Shown piece by piece: positions 9,612 through 19,199 of a stretch of 64,000 nucleotides of DNA. The notes beneath the pieces were generated by a model. It had not been told where the DNA came from, did no database searches, and saw nothing but the letters and a program-made list of their open reading frames with translations. The stretch's first letter is position 1; each line of letters starts with the position of its first letter. This DNA is from an uncultured Saprospiraceae bacterium (GTDB lineage Bacteria > Bacteroidota > Bacteroidia > Chitinophagales > Saprospiraceae). The stretch covers positions 78,660 to 142,659 of the forward strand of contig CALMSO010000047.1 in assembly GCA_937872385.1 (NCBI GenBank), read 5' to 3'. The position numbers and the translations under genes were made by a program.

Positions 9612-10082
9612 CATTTTTTCCGCTTTGCGCAATACCTCGTCTCGCATAGACGCTTTGTACGCCAATATCCGCTGCTGTATAGCCGGATGGGCGATGCCCA
9701 GCATTTGAGCGGCCAAGATACCAGCATTTTTGGCTGCATTGAGCGCAACGGTGGCCACTGGCACCCCGTTTGGCATTTGCAAAATAGACAAGACGGAGTC
9801 CCAGCCGTCAATAGAATTGGAAGATTTTATTGGTACGCCAATAACTGGCAATGGTGATAGCGAAGCAACCATCCCTGGTAAATGTGCGGCCCCGCCTGCT
9901 CCGGCAATAATCACCTGCACGCCTTGCTCGTGCGCCTTGCGCGCAAAATCGAACAGCCGCTCCGGAGTGCGGTGCGCCGAAACGATGGTCATTTCTATGG
10001 GAATTTGCATTTCCTGCAAAAAATCCGCTGCCTGTTGCATCACCGGCAAATCAGAATCAGAACCCATGATGATACTTACCAT
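9588..10082 (-). CDS. purE: 5-(carboxyamino)imidazole ribonucleotide mutase
   Basis: MGSDSDLPVM, SAHRTPE and IIAGAGGAAHLPGMVAS motifs, with a length of about 160 aa. Confidence 0.9.
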   Translation of the reverse strand: MVSIIMGSDSDLPVMQQAADFLQEMQIPIEMTIVSAHRTPERLFDFARKAHEQGVQVIIAGAGGAAHLPGMVASLSPLPVIGVPIKSSNSIDGWDSVLSILQMPNGVPVATVALNAAKNAGILAAQMLGIAHPAIQQRILAYKASMRDEVLRKAEKMKNDRRVS

Positions 10083-10107
10083 GTATAATTTTTTTATTGG
10101 CTGTTGG

Positions 10108-10857
10108 TCAATAATAGATTTCGCGGGCTTCTTGTCCTACGTAAAATGGCAATATCCATCCGGCACGGATGCCAAAGAGCAAATCGAGGCGCGGCTCGGT
10201 ATCGCTGCGGCGGGTATCAAAGTTGAAACTGCGGCGGTTGCGCGTGAATGCTTGGGTACATTCTATACCGGCAAAAAAATTGATACGCTTGTCGGTGCTC
10301 AACATTTGATACCCAAGAAACTGATTGAATGCCAGTCCATTACTCAAGCGGTCGTAGCCTTTCTGATAGTCGCCAATGAGCTGCGGCACCACCCGGAAGG
10401 GGTCTTCTTGAATGCGAATTTTGTGTTGTAAAATACCGGCACTGAGCGTAGCCCGAATGCCCGCGCGCGGATTGCGATTCGAAAGTGCAAATAATTTGCC
10501 CATCAACAAACCGGCGTAGAGTCCTCGCTGGCGCAATTCAATTTCAGCATACGACTTGTCATTGCCAATAATGAAGCCTTCTGGAGTTCTCAGCGGTGCT
10601 ATCACATCTTCCTTCACCTCGGTTCCGAAAAGATAAAATCCTTCTACGCCGAAAATGAAATTGCCTTTTGCCGTCATAAACTCCAGCCCGCCTCCTACGC
10701 TCATGCTTGGCCCAAAGCGTGCAGCCAAATCGCCGCCGGGCAACTGGCCGCTGTAGGTCATATTCAGCAAAATGGCATTGCCCTTGTTCAAATCAGAAAC
10801 TTGGGCTAAGGCCGTTATTGAAAAGCAAGTACCCACTATCCACAACCAGTTTCGCAT
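10108..10857 (-). CDS. predicted outer membrane beta-barrel protein, function unknown
   Basis: It has a signal peptide (ITALAQ), alternating-hydrophobicity strands and a C-terminal aromatic residue (...EIYY). Confidence 0.5.
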   Translation of the reverse strand: MRNWLWIVGTCFSITALAQVSDLNKGNAILLNMTYSGQLPGGDLAARFGPSMSVGGGLEFMTAKGNFIFGVEGFYLFGTEVKEDVIAPLRTPEGFIIGNDKSYAEIELRQRGLYAGLLMGKLFALSNRNPRAGIRATLSAGILQHKIRIQEDPFRVVPQLIGDYQKGYDRLSNGLAFNQFLGYQMLSTDKRINFFAGIECTQAFTRNRRSFNFDTRRSDTEPRLDLLFGIRAGWILPFYVGQEAREIYY

Positions 10858-10921
10858 CTTTTTTTTACAAAAGTAAACAGAACCGGTTAATAAAACAGTA
10901 GTTCATTGCGTGCTTTTGGGT

Positions 10922-10929
10922 TATATTTG
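10922..10929 (+). promoter_or_regulatory. candidate Bacteroidota -7 promoter box (TAnnTTTG)
   Basis: TATATTTG lies 18 nt upstream of the GTG start at 10947. Confidence 0.3.
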
Positions 10930-10946
10930 CGACAAAACGTAATCAA

Positions 10947-11882
10947 GTGAAAAAAGTACTCATCACCGGTGCGGCCGGTTTTCTGGGTTCGCACCTTTGC
11001 GACCGCTTCATCCGCGAAGGATACCACGTCATAGCCATGGACAATTTGCTCACCGGAAGCATGGATAATATCCAGCATTTGTTGCCGCTTGAGCATTTCG
11101 AATTTTATCATCATGATGTAACGAAATACGTACACCTCCCGGGACAGCTCGATTATATTTTGCACTTTGCCTCGCCAGCCAGCCCAATTGATTATCTGAA
11201 AATGCCTATTCAAACGCTGAAAGTAGGCGCTTTGGGCACGCACAATCTGCTCGGACTTGCTTTAGCCAAAAAGGCGCGCATTTTGGTGGCTTCTACCTCT
11301 GAGGTGTATGGCGATCCGCTGCTGCACCCACAGTCGGAGGAGTACTGGGGCAATGTGAACCCGGTGGGGCCGCGTGGCGTATATGACGAAGCGAAGCGTT
11401 TCTTAGAGGCAATCACGATGGCGTATCACAATTTTCATGGCGTAGAAACCCGAATTGTGCGTATTTTCAATACCTACGGCCCCCGGATGCGGGTGGAGGA
11501 CGGACGCGCGCTGCCAGCGTTTTTTTCGCAGGCTATTCGCGGCGAAGGCTTGACGGTGTTTGGCGATGGCTCACAAACGCGCTCTTTTTGTTATGTGGAC
11601 GACCTCGTGGAAGGCATTTACCGCCTATTGCTAAGTGACTATCACCTGCCGGTGAATATTGGCAATCCGGATGAAATCACGGTGAAGCAATTAGCAGAGG
11701 AAATTCTGGCATTAGTCAATAATCCTGCGGCCAAAATCATTTACAAACCTTTGCCTGCCGATGACCCAAAGGTGCGCCAGCCTGATATTACCAAAGCCCG
11801 CGAAATACTTGGCTGGGAGCCTCGTGTGCCTCGCGTTGAAGGCTTGGTGACTACGCATGATTATTTTCGCAAGGTGGTGTGA
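10947..11882 (+). CDS. UDP-glucuronate decarboxylase (UDP-xylose synthase)
   Basis: Motifs [26 protein letters not shown] and YDEAKR (SDR Y-x3-K). The protein is about 310 aa. Confidence 0.85.
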   Translation: MKKVLITGAAGFLGSHLCDRFIREGYHVIAMDNLLTGSMDNIQHLLPLEHFEFYHHDVTKYVHLPGQLDYILHFASPASPIDYLKMPIQTLKVGALGTHNLLGLALAKKARILVASTSEVYGDPLLHPQSEEYWGNVNPVGPRGVYDEAKRFLEAITMAYHNFHGVETRIVRIFNTYGPRMRVEDGRALPAFFSQAIRGEGLTVFGDGSQTRSFCYVDDLVEGIYRLLLSDYHLPVNIGNPDEITVKQLAEEILALVNNPAAKIIYKPLPADDPKVRQPDITKAREILGWEPRVPRVEGLVTTHDYFRKVV

Positions 11883-11928
11883 TGGGGTTGATAGGGGGAT
11901 GGGGTTGATAGGGGAATAGGGAAATAAG
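11881..11928 (+). repeat. G-rich tandem unit array (family A) abutting the stop codon
   Basis: GATGGGGTTGATAGGGG occurs twice, followed by AATAGGGAAATAAG. The UXS stop TGA (11880-11882) is part of the first unit. Confidence 0.85.
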
Positions 11929-11940
11929 AAAAAAAATTGT

Positions 11941-12351
11941 ATGTATTCTTTTGATTTTCAGAAGCGTGTGCGCTATGGCGAAACAGATCAGATGGGTTAT
12001 TTGTACTATGGCAATTATGCGCAATACTACGAAATCGGGCGGGTGGAGATGCTGCGCTCATTAGGGCTGACCTATCGGGAAATGGAGCAGGAGCACGGCA
12101 TATTGATGCCTGTCATGTCATTAGAAATGCGCTTTGTCCGTCCGGCATATTATGACGAATTGCTGACGATTCGAACCACTTTGCGGCACTTGCCGGACAC
12201 GGTCATCCGCTTCTACGTCGAAATTTTTAACGAAAAAAAGAAGTTGATAAACGGCGGAAATGTTAAATTGTGCTTTGTAACGGCTTCAACTGGAAAAACC
12301 ATCGCCGCCCCTGAATTTTTATTAGCGAAATTGCGACCTTATTTTGAATAA
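11941..12351 (+). CDS. acyl-CoA thioesterase, 4HBT/YbgC family
   Basis: Hotdog-fold N-terminal motif RVRYGETDQMGYLYYGNYAQYYE. The protein is 136 aa. Confidence 0.8.
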   Translation: MYSFDFQKRVRYGETDQMGYLYYGNYAQYYEIGRVEMLRSLGLTYREMEQEHGILMPVMSLEMRFVRPAYYDELLTIRTTLRHLPDTVIRFYVEIFNEKKKLINGGNVKLCFVTASTGKTIAAPEFLLAKLRPYFE

Positions 12352-13387
12352 GCTTCGAAAACCAAAAAAGCGAAGAAGGCTGCGCAAGCCGGATTTGTCG
12401 CCCGATGCCCTCTGGCGGTTTGTAGAAAGCTTGCCAGTAGTGCGTGTGCTGATTGATTGGTCGAAGCGGCGTTCCCTGCCGGGGCTGCGGCGCATTCCGG
12501 TGTATGATATTTGCAGTTTTTTGTATAAAGAAATACAACGTTCCGACCTGTTCACTCGTGCCAACTCTATGGCGTTCAGCTTTTTCATTTCTATTTTCCC
12601 CTCTCTGATGTCGCTGTTTACGCTGTTGCCCTATTTACGAAAGTATATACTGAAGTATTTGCTGCCCGACGAAGCGGAAGAGAACTTCACAGAAATTCTG
12701 AAAACCGAAATTCAGGTATTTCTGCCGGGCAATGCGGGCGTAGAAATCGCTCGTTTCATTGAAGACCTCATCACCAATCCGCGCGTGGGGCTGCTGTCTT
12801 TCGGCTTTTTTCTGGCGCTATTTTTCGCTTCCAATGGCATGCTTACTATGATGCAAGGCTTTGAAAAAGCTTACACCCGCACTTTCAAAAAACGCAAACC
12901 TTTTCGCAAGCGGCTCATCGCCATTTTTTTGACCTTTCAATTGGGCATTTTGCTCCTCGCTTCGGTGGTACTCATCATCATGGGCAATTTCCTCATTCAT
13001 ACCCTCAACCAATGGGTAGAATTGGACAAAATCACTGGTTGGGCAATTTTTTTCACGCGCTGGCTGGCTATTATCTTCCTTTTTTACATGGTCATTTCCA
13101 TTATTTACCGCTACGGAATGCCCACGCGGCGCAAGTTCAAACTGTTTTCGCCGGGTGCCACGATAGCTACCGTACTGTGCATCGTCACTTCGGTTGGCTT
13201 TGGTTTTTACGTGGACAATTTCGCATTGTACAACAAACTCTACGGCAGTTTTGGCACCATCATCGTCACTATGCTCTGGCTGCAACTCAACTCATTAGCG
13301 CTGCTCATCGGCTTCGAACTCAACGCCAGCATCGCCGTCAACCGCGATATGCGCGAGCAAGTAATGGAAAAAGCCAGTTTTGAATAG
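12344..13387 (+). CDS. YihY/BrkB family inner membrane protein
   Basis: ANSMAFSFFISIFPSLM motif and six predicted TM helices. It uses a TTG start overlapping the previous stop, so the exact start is uncertain. Confidence 0.7.
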   Translation: MNKLRKPKKRRRLRKPDLSPDALWRFVESLPVVRVLIDWSKRRSLPGLRRIPVYDICSFLYKEIQRSDLFTRANSMAFSFFISIFPSLMSLFTLLPYLRKYILKYLLPDEAEENFTEILKTEIQVFLPGNAGVEIARFIEDLITNPRVGLLSFGFFLALFFASNGMLTMMQGFEKAYTRTFKKRKPFRKRLIAIFLTFQLGILLLASVVLIIMGNFLIHTLNQWVELDKITGWAIFFTRWLAIIFLFYMVISIIYRYGMPTRRKFKLFSPGATIATVLCIVTSVGFGFYVDNFALYNKLYGSFGTIIVTMLWLQLNSLALLIGFELNASIAVNRDMREQVMEKASFE

Positions 13388-13523
13388 GCTGATTTAACCC
13401 TTCGTGTTCCTGATTACACCTTGGCTAATCCTTATGGTACAATAATTATTTGTAAAATCCTCATTATCAATATTTTATTTATAAATCACAAGTTGCTAAC
13501 CGCAAAAAACAATATCACTTCCC

Positions 13524-14585
13524 ATGAATAGCAAAACCTTTTTCCAGGGTATGAAAGTGGTAGAGTTGGCCAGCGTGCTGGCCGGGCCGGCAGTGGGTAT
13601 GTTTTTTGCCGAGCTGGGCGCCGAAGTCATCAAAATTGAAAATAAAACTACCGGTGGCGACGTCACCCGCTCGTGGCGCGTACCCGAAGAAGACCCGACA
13701 ACGGCTTATTCTGCTTACTATTGTAGCGTCAACTGGGGCAAAATCGTACAACAATTCGATCTTCGGCAGGCGACCGACCAGGCGGTGGTGCACGCGCTCA
13801 TTCAGGAAGCAGATATTGTCATCAGCAATTTCAAACCCGACTCAGCCCAGCAGTTGCGTATGGATTATGCCTTTTTGCGAACGCTCAATGCGCGCCTGAT
13901 TTATGGGCAAATTACAGGATTTGGCGACACCGACGATACCGTAGCCTTCGATGTAGTGCTACAAGCAGCAGCCGGTTTTTTGTATATGAATGGCGAGCCG
14001 GGGCGTCCGCCGGTCAAAATGCCCGTAGCCTTGATTGATCTGCTGGCAGCGCATCAATTGAAAGCCGCTATGTTATTAGCTTTGCTGCACCGCGAACGCA
14101 CCGGCGAAGGAAGTTACGTCAGCGTGTCGCTCTTTGAATCCGCGGTCGCGTCCTTAGCTAATCAAGCGAGCAATTGGCTCATGGCTGGGCATATCCCGCA
14201 GCCCATGGGTACCCAACACCCGAATATTGCGCCTTATGGTGATATTTTATACACTGCCGACGACAAGCCTGTAGTCTTAGCAGCAGGTACAGAACGGCAG
14301 TTTCAACAATTGTGCGCTGTTTTACAAATAGAACCGGAAGAACTTTTTCGTACCAATGCCGACCGCGTAAAAAACCGCGCCGCCCTGCTTGCACATTTGC
14401 AACCTGCTGCGCAACACTACACCCGCGATGAGTTGCTCGCTGCCTTGCACCATGCCGGAGTGCCTGCTGCTGCTATCTGCACCATGCCGGAGGTTTTTGA
14501 GCATCCTTTGGCAAAAAATTGCATCTTAGAATGGCCGCTGCCCGACGGGCGCACCGCGCGCTGTGTGAAAACGGTGGTTTTTTAA
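13524..14585 (+). CDS. CoA-transferase family III (CaiB/BaiF) protein
   Basis: N-terminal MKVVELASVLAGPAVGMFFAELGAEVIKIE matches the family III signature. Confidence 0.8.
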   Translation: MNSKTFFQGMKVVELASVLAGPAVGMFFAELGAEVIKIENKTTGGDVTRSWRVPEEDPTTAYSAYYCSVNWGKIVQQFDLRQATDQAVVHALIQEADIVISNFKPDSAQQLRMDYAFLRTLNARLIYGQITGFGDTDDTVAFDVVLQAAAGFLYMNGEPGRPPVKMPVALIDLLAAHQLKAAMLLALLHRERTGEGSYVSVSLFESAVASLANQASNWLMAGHIPQPMGTQHPNIAPYGDILYTADDKPVVLAAGTERQFQQLCAVLQIEPEELFRTNADRVKNRAALLAHLQPAAQHYTRDELLAALHHAGVPAAAICTMPEVFEHPLAKNCILEWPLPDGRTARCVKTVVF

Positions 14586-14587
14586 TG

Positions 14588-14629
14588 GCGATTTGCTTTT
14601 CGCGGTTTGCAGTTTGTGGTTTGCTATAA
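14588..14629 (-). repeat. heptamer array (family C, GCRAAYA-like on the minus strand)
   Basis: The plus strand reads GCGATTT GCTTTTC GCGGTTT GCAGTTT GTGGTTT GCTATAA. It starts 3 nt after the CoA-transferase stop and lies between convergent genes. Confidence 0.75.
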
Positions 14630-14637
14630 AACGAGTA

Positions 14638-15180
14638 TCAGTACCTCCACTCATCTAAGTATTTGGCAAAAATGCGGGCGAGGTTTTGCGCATCGTCAAT
14701 GCCTCGGTGGTGGGTACCAATGAACTCGAAACCCTCGGCGGTGAGTGCGGATTTCAAACCTTTGGATTGTGGCAAGCGCTTGATTTCGCGGTATTGTTGT
14801 TTCAGATTGATGTGCGGCTCCACCCAGTCGTACTCCATATCGTACAGTTGGCAATCGTTGATCAGCATTTTTTTATCAAAACTGCCCCAAGAGCAGAGCA
14901 AATAATCCTCGTCAAAAATTTCGGCCCAGTCCTGAAAATCTTCTACCACTGCCGGAAAAGTGCGCGCCCGGTCCACGTCTTCCTGCCGGATGGAAGTCAG
15001 TTCTTGACAAAAAACCGACAGCCGCGGGTTCAATTTAGGTCGGATGAAACTATTAAAAGTGCCCTCCACTTCGCCGTAGCTGTTGATACGCACCGCCCCG
15101 ATTTCGATGATTTCCTGAACCAAAGAGGGCGGGCTACCTTGCCAGCAGGTGGCTTCGAGATCGTAAATGATAAAGTTCAT
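14638..15180 (-). CDS. DEDDh 3'-5' exonuclease (ERI-1/KapD-like)
   Basis: FIIYDLEATC (Exo I), EIIEIGAV and HHRGIDDAQN (Exo III with His). Confidence 0.75.
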   Translation of the reverse strand: MNFIIYDLEATCWQGSPPSLVQEIIEIGAVRINSYGEVEGTFNSFIRPKLNPRLSVFCQELTSIRQEDVDRARTFPAVVEDFQDWAEIFDEDYLLCSWGSFDKKMLINDCQLYDMEYDWVEPHINLKQQYREIKRLPQSKGLKSALTAEGFEFIGTHHRGIDDAQNLARIFAKYLDEWRY

Positions 15181-15228
15181 GGCTGCGGATAGTTAAAAAA
15201 ACCGGTGGCTTGGTCGTCATTACAGTAT

Positions 15229-16110
15229 TCAAAGGTACGGTAAAGTTATCGTCTTTTCCAGCACTTGCCGGATGAGTTCATCAACGGCTCGGGCCGGGTC
15301 GGCTGCAAACTGCCCCAAGATTCGGTTCGCCAAAATCACATTACACGATACGGCTCTGTGTCCCAGCATTTGCGACAAGCCATAAATAGCGGAAGTCTCC
15401 ATTTCAAAATTGGTAATTCGCCACTGGTCATACTGAAAATCGCTCAGATGCATCAGCGTATCGGCGGTAAGGCGAGTAAGCCCGCGCAACTGCCGCCCTT
15501 GTGGTGCATAAAACCCTGGGGAAGTGAGTGTAATCCCTTGAAAATCAAGTGTATAATGTTGCAACAATTCAGCGTTTGCCGCAAAGGCGTAAGGCTGTGT
15601 TGGAAGCGGTCGGGTCGGAAAAGCGGCGAATTGCTCGGTCAAAGCCATTGCTTTTGCATCGGGCTGATAGGCATAAAAGTGCATCAAATTATCCAATCCG
15701 ATACCGAAAGCAGCAGTTACAAAACTGCCCACGGGCATTTCGCGCCACACCGCGCCGGAGGTACCCACCCGGATGATATTGAGCCGGCGAAGCTGCGCCC
15801 GAGGCATTCTGGTAGTCAGGTCAATATTCGCCAATGCGTCAAGTTCATTTAGCACGATGTCAATATTATCTGTACCGATACCGGTGGAAATAACCGTCAG
15901 GCGCTGCGTGCCGATTCGGCCGGTATGCGTCACAAACTCGCGGCGATGCACCTTGTGCTCTATCGCGTCAAAATGTTTGGAGATGCGTGCTACACGTCCG
16001 GGGTCACCCACCGTGAAAATAGTATCCGCGATTTGCTCCGGGTGCAAATTGAGGTGATACACCGTGCCGTCGGCATTGAGCACTAATTCGGAATCCGGAA
16101 TAGGTTGCAT
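15229..16110 (-). CDS. nucleoside phosphorylase (PNP/UDP family 1)
   Basis: Motifs TVGDPGRV, VISTGIGTDN, RVGTSGA and EMETSAIY are typical of uridine/purine nucleoside phosphorylases. Confidence 0.75.
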   Translation of the reverse strand: MQPIPDSELVLNADGTVYHLNLHPEQIADTIFTVGDPGRVARISKHFDAIEHKVHRREFVTHTGRIGTQRLTVISTGIGTDNIDIVLNELDALANIDLTTRMPRAQLRRLNIIRVGTSGAVWREMPVGSFVTAAFGIGLDNLMHFYAYQPDAKAMALTEQFAAFPTRPLPTQPYAFAANAELLQHYTLDFQGITLTSPGFYAPQGRQLRGLTRLTADTLMHLSDFQYDQWRITNFEMETSAIYGLSQMLGHRAVSCNVILANRILGQFAADPARAVDELIRQVLEKTITLPYL

Positions 16111-16158
16111 AGCTCAGGATTTGACGTTTCGATGAATATTCTTGGCAAAATAAAGCCT

Positions 16159-16166
16159 TATCTTTG
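16159..16166 (+). promoter_or_regulatory. candidate -7 promoter box (TAnnTTTG)
   Basis: TATCTTTG lies 11 nt upstream of the ATG at 16177, with CTTG about 20 nt further upstream. Confidence 0.3.
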
Positions 16167-16176
16167 CCTTTACAAA

Positions 16177-16536
16177 ATGATTTCCATGATGAAGAAAATA
16201 TTTCACCTTTCCACTTGCAAAACCTGCCAGAAGATTATCGCTGAATTAAACAATGGCGAAGGCTTTGAGTTGCAGGATATTAAGGAAAAGAACGTTTCCG
16301 CTGCCGAACTCGACTGGATGCGCGAGCGCGCGGGGTCTTACGAAGCACTTTTCAGCCGCCGAGCCATGAAATTTCGCAGCTTGGGCCTGCACGAGCGCGA
16401 ACTGACCGAGCAGGATTACCGCAGCCTTATTCTGGAAGAATACACTTTTTTGAAACGCCCGGTGATTGTCATCGGCGAAGCGGTTTTTGCGGGCAATGCA
16501 CGAGCCACCATTGAAGCGGCCAAAGCGATGAACTGA
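16177..16536 (+). CDS. ArsC/Spx/YffB family (arsenate reductase-like thioredoxin-fold) protein
   Basis: HLSTCKTCQK redox motif. With the start at MISMMKK the protein is about 119 aa. The upstream part of the track ORF overlaps the divergent gene. Confidence 0.65.
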   Translation: MISMMKKIFHLSTCKTCQKIIAELNNGEGFELQDIKEKNVSAAELDWMRERAGSYEALFSRRAMKFRSLGLHERELTEQDYRSLILEEYTFLKRPVIVIGEAVFAGNARATIEAAKAMN

Positions 16537-16569
16537 TGCGCCAAATGCACGGTTGAAAACAGAAAAAAT

Positions 16570-17481
16570 ATGAAACACCTCGACAAAGAAACCATCGTTG
16601 AATGGTTAAAAACTTTGCAAGATGATATTTGCCAGCAACTGGAAGCGGCGGACGGCCACGGGCAGTTCCGGGAAGACTTCTGGGAACGCCCCGGCGGCGG
16701 CGGCGGGCGCACACGCATCTTCGAAGGTAGGCATATTGAAAAAGGAGGCGTCAACTTTTCAGCGGTGGAGGGCGAAGTAAGCGACCGAATGCGGCGCAGC
16801 TTGCAATTGGAGGGCGAGCGTTTTTTTGCTACCGGCGTTTCCATTGTGCTGCATCCAGCCAATCCATTAGTGCCCATCATCCACATGAATGTGCGCTACT
16901 TTGAGTTGAGCGATCAAATCTGGTGGTTCGGCGGCGGCATTGACCTCACGCCACACTACATCGAGCCGGCGGATGCCCGTTTTTTCCATCAAATGCTCAA
17001 GGAGGCCTGCGACCGGCATCATCCCGATTATTATACAAAATTCAAACCCTGGGCGGATGACTATTTTTACCTCCGGCATCGGCAGGAGACGCGCGGCATC
17101 GGGGGGATTTTCTTCGATCGGCTCGGTGGCGACGGCGGCTTCAGCAAGGAGCAGCGCTTTGCTTTTGTACAAGAAGTAGGACAAGCTTTTTGCCCAATTT
17201 ATGTGCCCCTACTACAAAAAAATAAAGACCGTCCTTTTGGCGAGCGCGAACAACGCTGGCAAATGCTGCGGCGCGGGCGCTACGTGGAGTTCAATCTCGT
17301 ATGGGATGCCGGTACTAAATTTGGCTTAGAAACCGACGGCCGCACCGAATCCATCTTGATGAGCTTGCCGCCAATGGCGCAATGGGTCTATGACCATCAG
17401 CCCGAACCCCAAGGGCCAGAGGCGCGCACGCTGGCCCAATTGCGCAAGGGAATAGATTGGCTTACCGGCACAAAATCGTGA
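16570..17481 (+). CDS. hemF: oxygen-dependent coproporphyrinogen III oxidase
   Basis: Motifs WERPGGGGGRTRIFEG, EKGGVNFS, HMNVRYFE, WFGGGIDLTP and RRGRYVEFNL. Confidence 0.9.
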   Translation: MKHLDKETIVEWLKTLQDDICQQLEAADGHGQFREDFWERPGGGGGRTRIFEGRHIEKGGVNFSAVEGEVSDRMRRSLQLEGERFFATGVSIVLHPANPLVPIIHMNVRYFELSDQIWWFGGGIDLTPHYIEPADARFFHQMLKEACDRHHPDYYTKFKPWADDYFYLRHRQETRGIGGIFFDRLGGDGGFSKEQRFAFVQEVGQAFCPIYVPLLQKNKDRPFGEREQRWQMLRRGRYVEFNLVWDAGTKFGLETDGRTESILMSLPPMAQWVYDHQPEPQGPEARTLAQLRKGIDWLTGTKS

Positions 17482-17971
17482 TGGGCGGCGTGCGAATGAT
17501 GTTGCTCAGATTGCCAGCCCGATCCTTGATTTGAATCGAATACGAAAAGGTATCCTGCGGAAAGCGCGGATCAGTTTGGCACACCCGCCGGTCTGGGAAA
17601 ATGCAGCAAATATTGGGGCCCGCTACTTTATTGGGAATGCGAATGGTAATTTCACCAGAGACTCCGTTGCCGCTGCCTTGTTCGGGTATTGGAAACAAAC
17701 GATTGGGAATCAAGCTGTTGTCTCGACTATCGCGCAGAAAAAAATTGGTTGTATCGCTGCCAATGTCGCCATTGCCATCAGTAAAAAAAAAGGTAATAGC
17801 CAGCGTATCGCGCGGGGACGAGGCGCTACCTTGCGCAATGGCATTTTTATTCATCCCGACAAACTCGATGTACGGCTCATCCGGATAATTGGGCGGCTCG
17901 GTGCAAGCGGTAAATGCTGCAAATAATACCACGAAAAGACTGTATGGCAGATATTTCATAAATAACATCAT
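17462..17971 (-). CDS. predicted lipoprotein, function unknown
   Basis: Signal with lipobox (VVLFAAFTAC). The start could also be the ATG at 17959. Confidence 0.5.
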   Translation of the reverse strand: MMLFMKYLPYSLFVVLFAAFTACTEPPNYPDEPYIEFVGMNKNAIAQGSASSPRDTLAITFFFTDGNGDIGSDTTNFFLRDSRDNSLIPNRLFPIPEQGSGNGVSGEITIRIPNKVAGPNICCIFPDRRVCQTDPRFPQDTFSYSIQIKDRAGNLSNIIRTPPITILCR

Positions 17972-18167
17972 TTTTTGTGAAAAATTGAAAATCAGTGTGC
18001 TCTTATAGCCGTTAATTTACACTGTGATTTATAATACCTTGACTAACTTTCTAATGAAACAGATTTTATTAAAACACTTATATTCAGTTATTTGTATAGC
18101 GAAAAACGATAAGCAAATAACGAAAAGCATTACATAAAAAATACAACATTTTACTCAATTTGTTGCA

Positions 18168-19163
18168 TTGGAAAACCAAATCCGACAATACCTGACAAAA
18201 AAAATCGAAACGGTCGCGCCGTCCGACTTCGACAGCTTGGCTATGGAAGTTTTCCAGTATCAAGCGCAGCGCAATATGCTGTACGCGCAGTACCTCCGGC
18301 TATTGCAAAAGCCACCTGAATCCGTCACTGCGCCCGCCGATATTCCATTTTTGCCCATTCAATTTTTCAAAAACCAAACCATTCAAACCGGCACTTGGAC
18401 TCCTGCCGACACTTTCAGCAGCAGCGGCACTACCGGCCAAATCACCAGCCGCCACGCCGTGCGCGCCCCAGGTTTTTACCTGCGCAATACGCGCCGGGGT
18501 TTCGAGCATTTCTATGGCAATTTAGCAGATTATTGCGTACTGGCGTTGCTTCCGGCGTACTTGGAGCGGCCCGGCTCGTCTTTGGTGGCTATGGCTGATT
18601 ATTTCATCCAGCAATCCCGGTACGCACCAAGCGGCTTTTTTTTATATAATACGAACGAATTGCTGAAAGTAGTGCAAATTTGCCAAAAAAAACAATGGCC
18701 TGTGCTCCTGCTGGGCGTTACTTTTGCTTTGCTTGACTTGGCGGAGCAACGTCCGACCGATCTGAGCGGCATCACCATCATGGAAACGGGCGGCATGAAA
18801 GGGCGGCGCCGCGAAATGATTCGATCCGAGCTACACGAAGTGCTTTGCAGCGCTTTTCGGGTGCAGACCATTCATTCTGAATACGGCATGACGGAGTTGT
18901 TTTCGCAGGCTTATTCCAAGGGGCAGGGGTTGTTTTATCCAGCGCCGACCATGCGCGTGTATGCCCGCCAGATTACCGATCCGCTGGCCGCGGAAATGCC
19001 CGGCAAAACCGGTGCGCTCAATATCATTGACTTAGCCAATCTCGATACAATCAGTTTTATCGCTACCGACGACCTCGGCAAAGTGTATCCCAACGGCTCT
19101 TTTGAAGTACTCGGCCGACTCGACAACAGCGACCTGCGCGGCTGCAATCTGATGGTGCAATGA
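18168..19163 (+). CDS. LuxE/PaaK-like adenylate-forming acyl-protein synthetase family protein
   Basis: SSGTTGQITSRH adenylation P-loop-like motif, GGMKGRR, and a YGMTE-type motif. It uses a TTG start. Confidence 0.6.
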   Translation: MENQIRQYLTKKIETVAPSDFDSLAMEVFQYQAQRNMLYAQYLRLLQKPPESVTAPADIPFLPIQFFKNQTIQTGTWTPADTFSSSGTTGQITSRHAVRAPGFYLRNTRRGFEHFYGNLADYCVLALLPAYLERPGSSLVAMADYFIQQSRYAPSGFFLYNTNELLKVVQICQKKQWPVLLLGVTFALLDLAEQRPTDLSGITIMETGGMKGRRREMIRSELHEVLCSAFRVQTIHSEYGMTELFSQAYSKGQGLFYPAPTMRVYARQITDPLAAEMPGKTGALNIIDLANLDTISFIATDDLGKVYPNGSFEVLGRLDNSDLRGCNLMVQ

Positions 19164-19170
19164 AATTGCA

Positions 19171-19199
19171 GATGATAGACGATAGATTTTAGATTTTAG
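19171..19199 (-). repeat. heptamer array (family D, TCTNNNA on the minus strand)
   Basis: The plus strand reads GATGATAGACGATAGATTTTAGATTTTAG, which on the minus strand is TCTAAAA TCTAAAA TCTATCG TCTATCA. It lies 8 nt after the stop at 19163. Confidence 0.75.
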
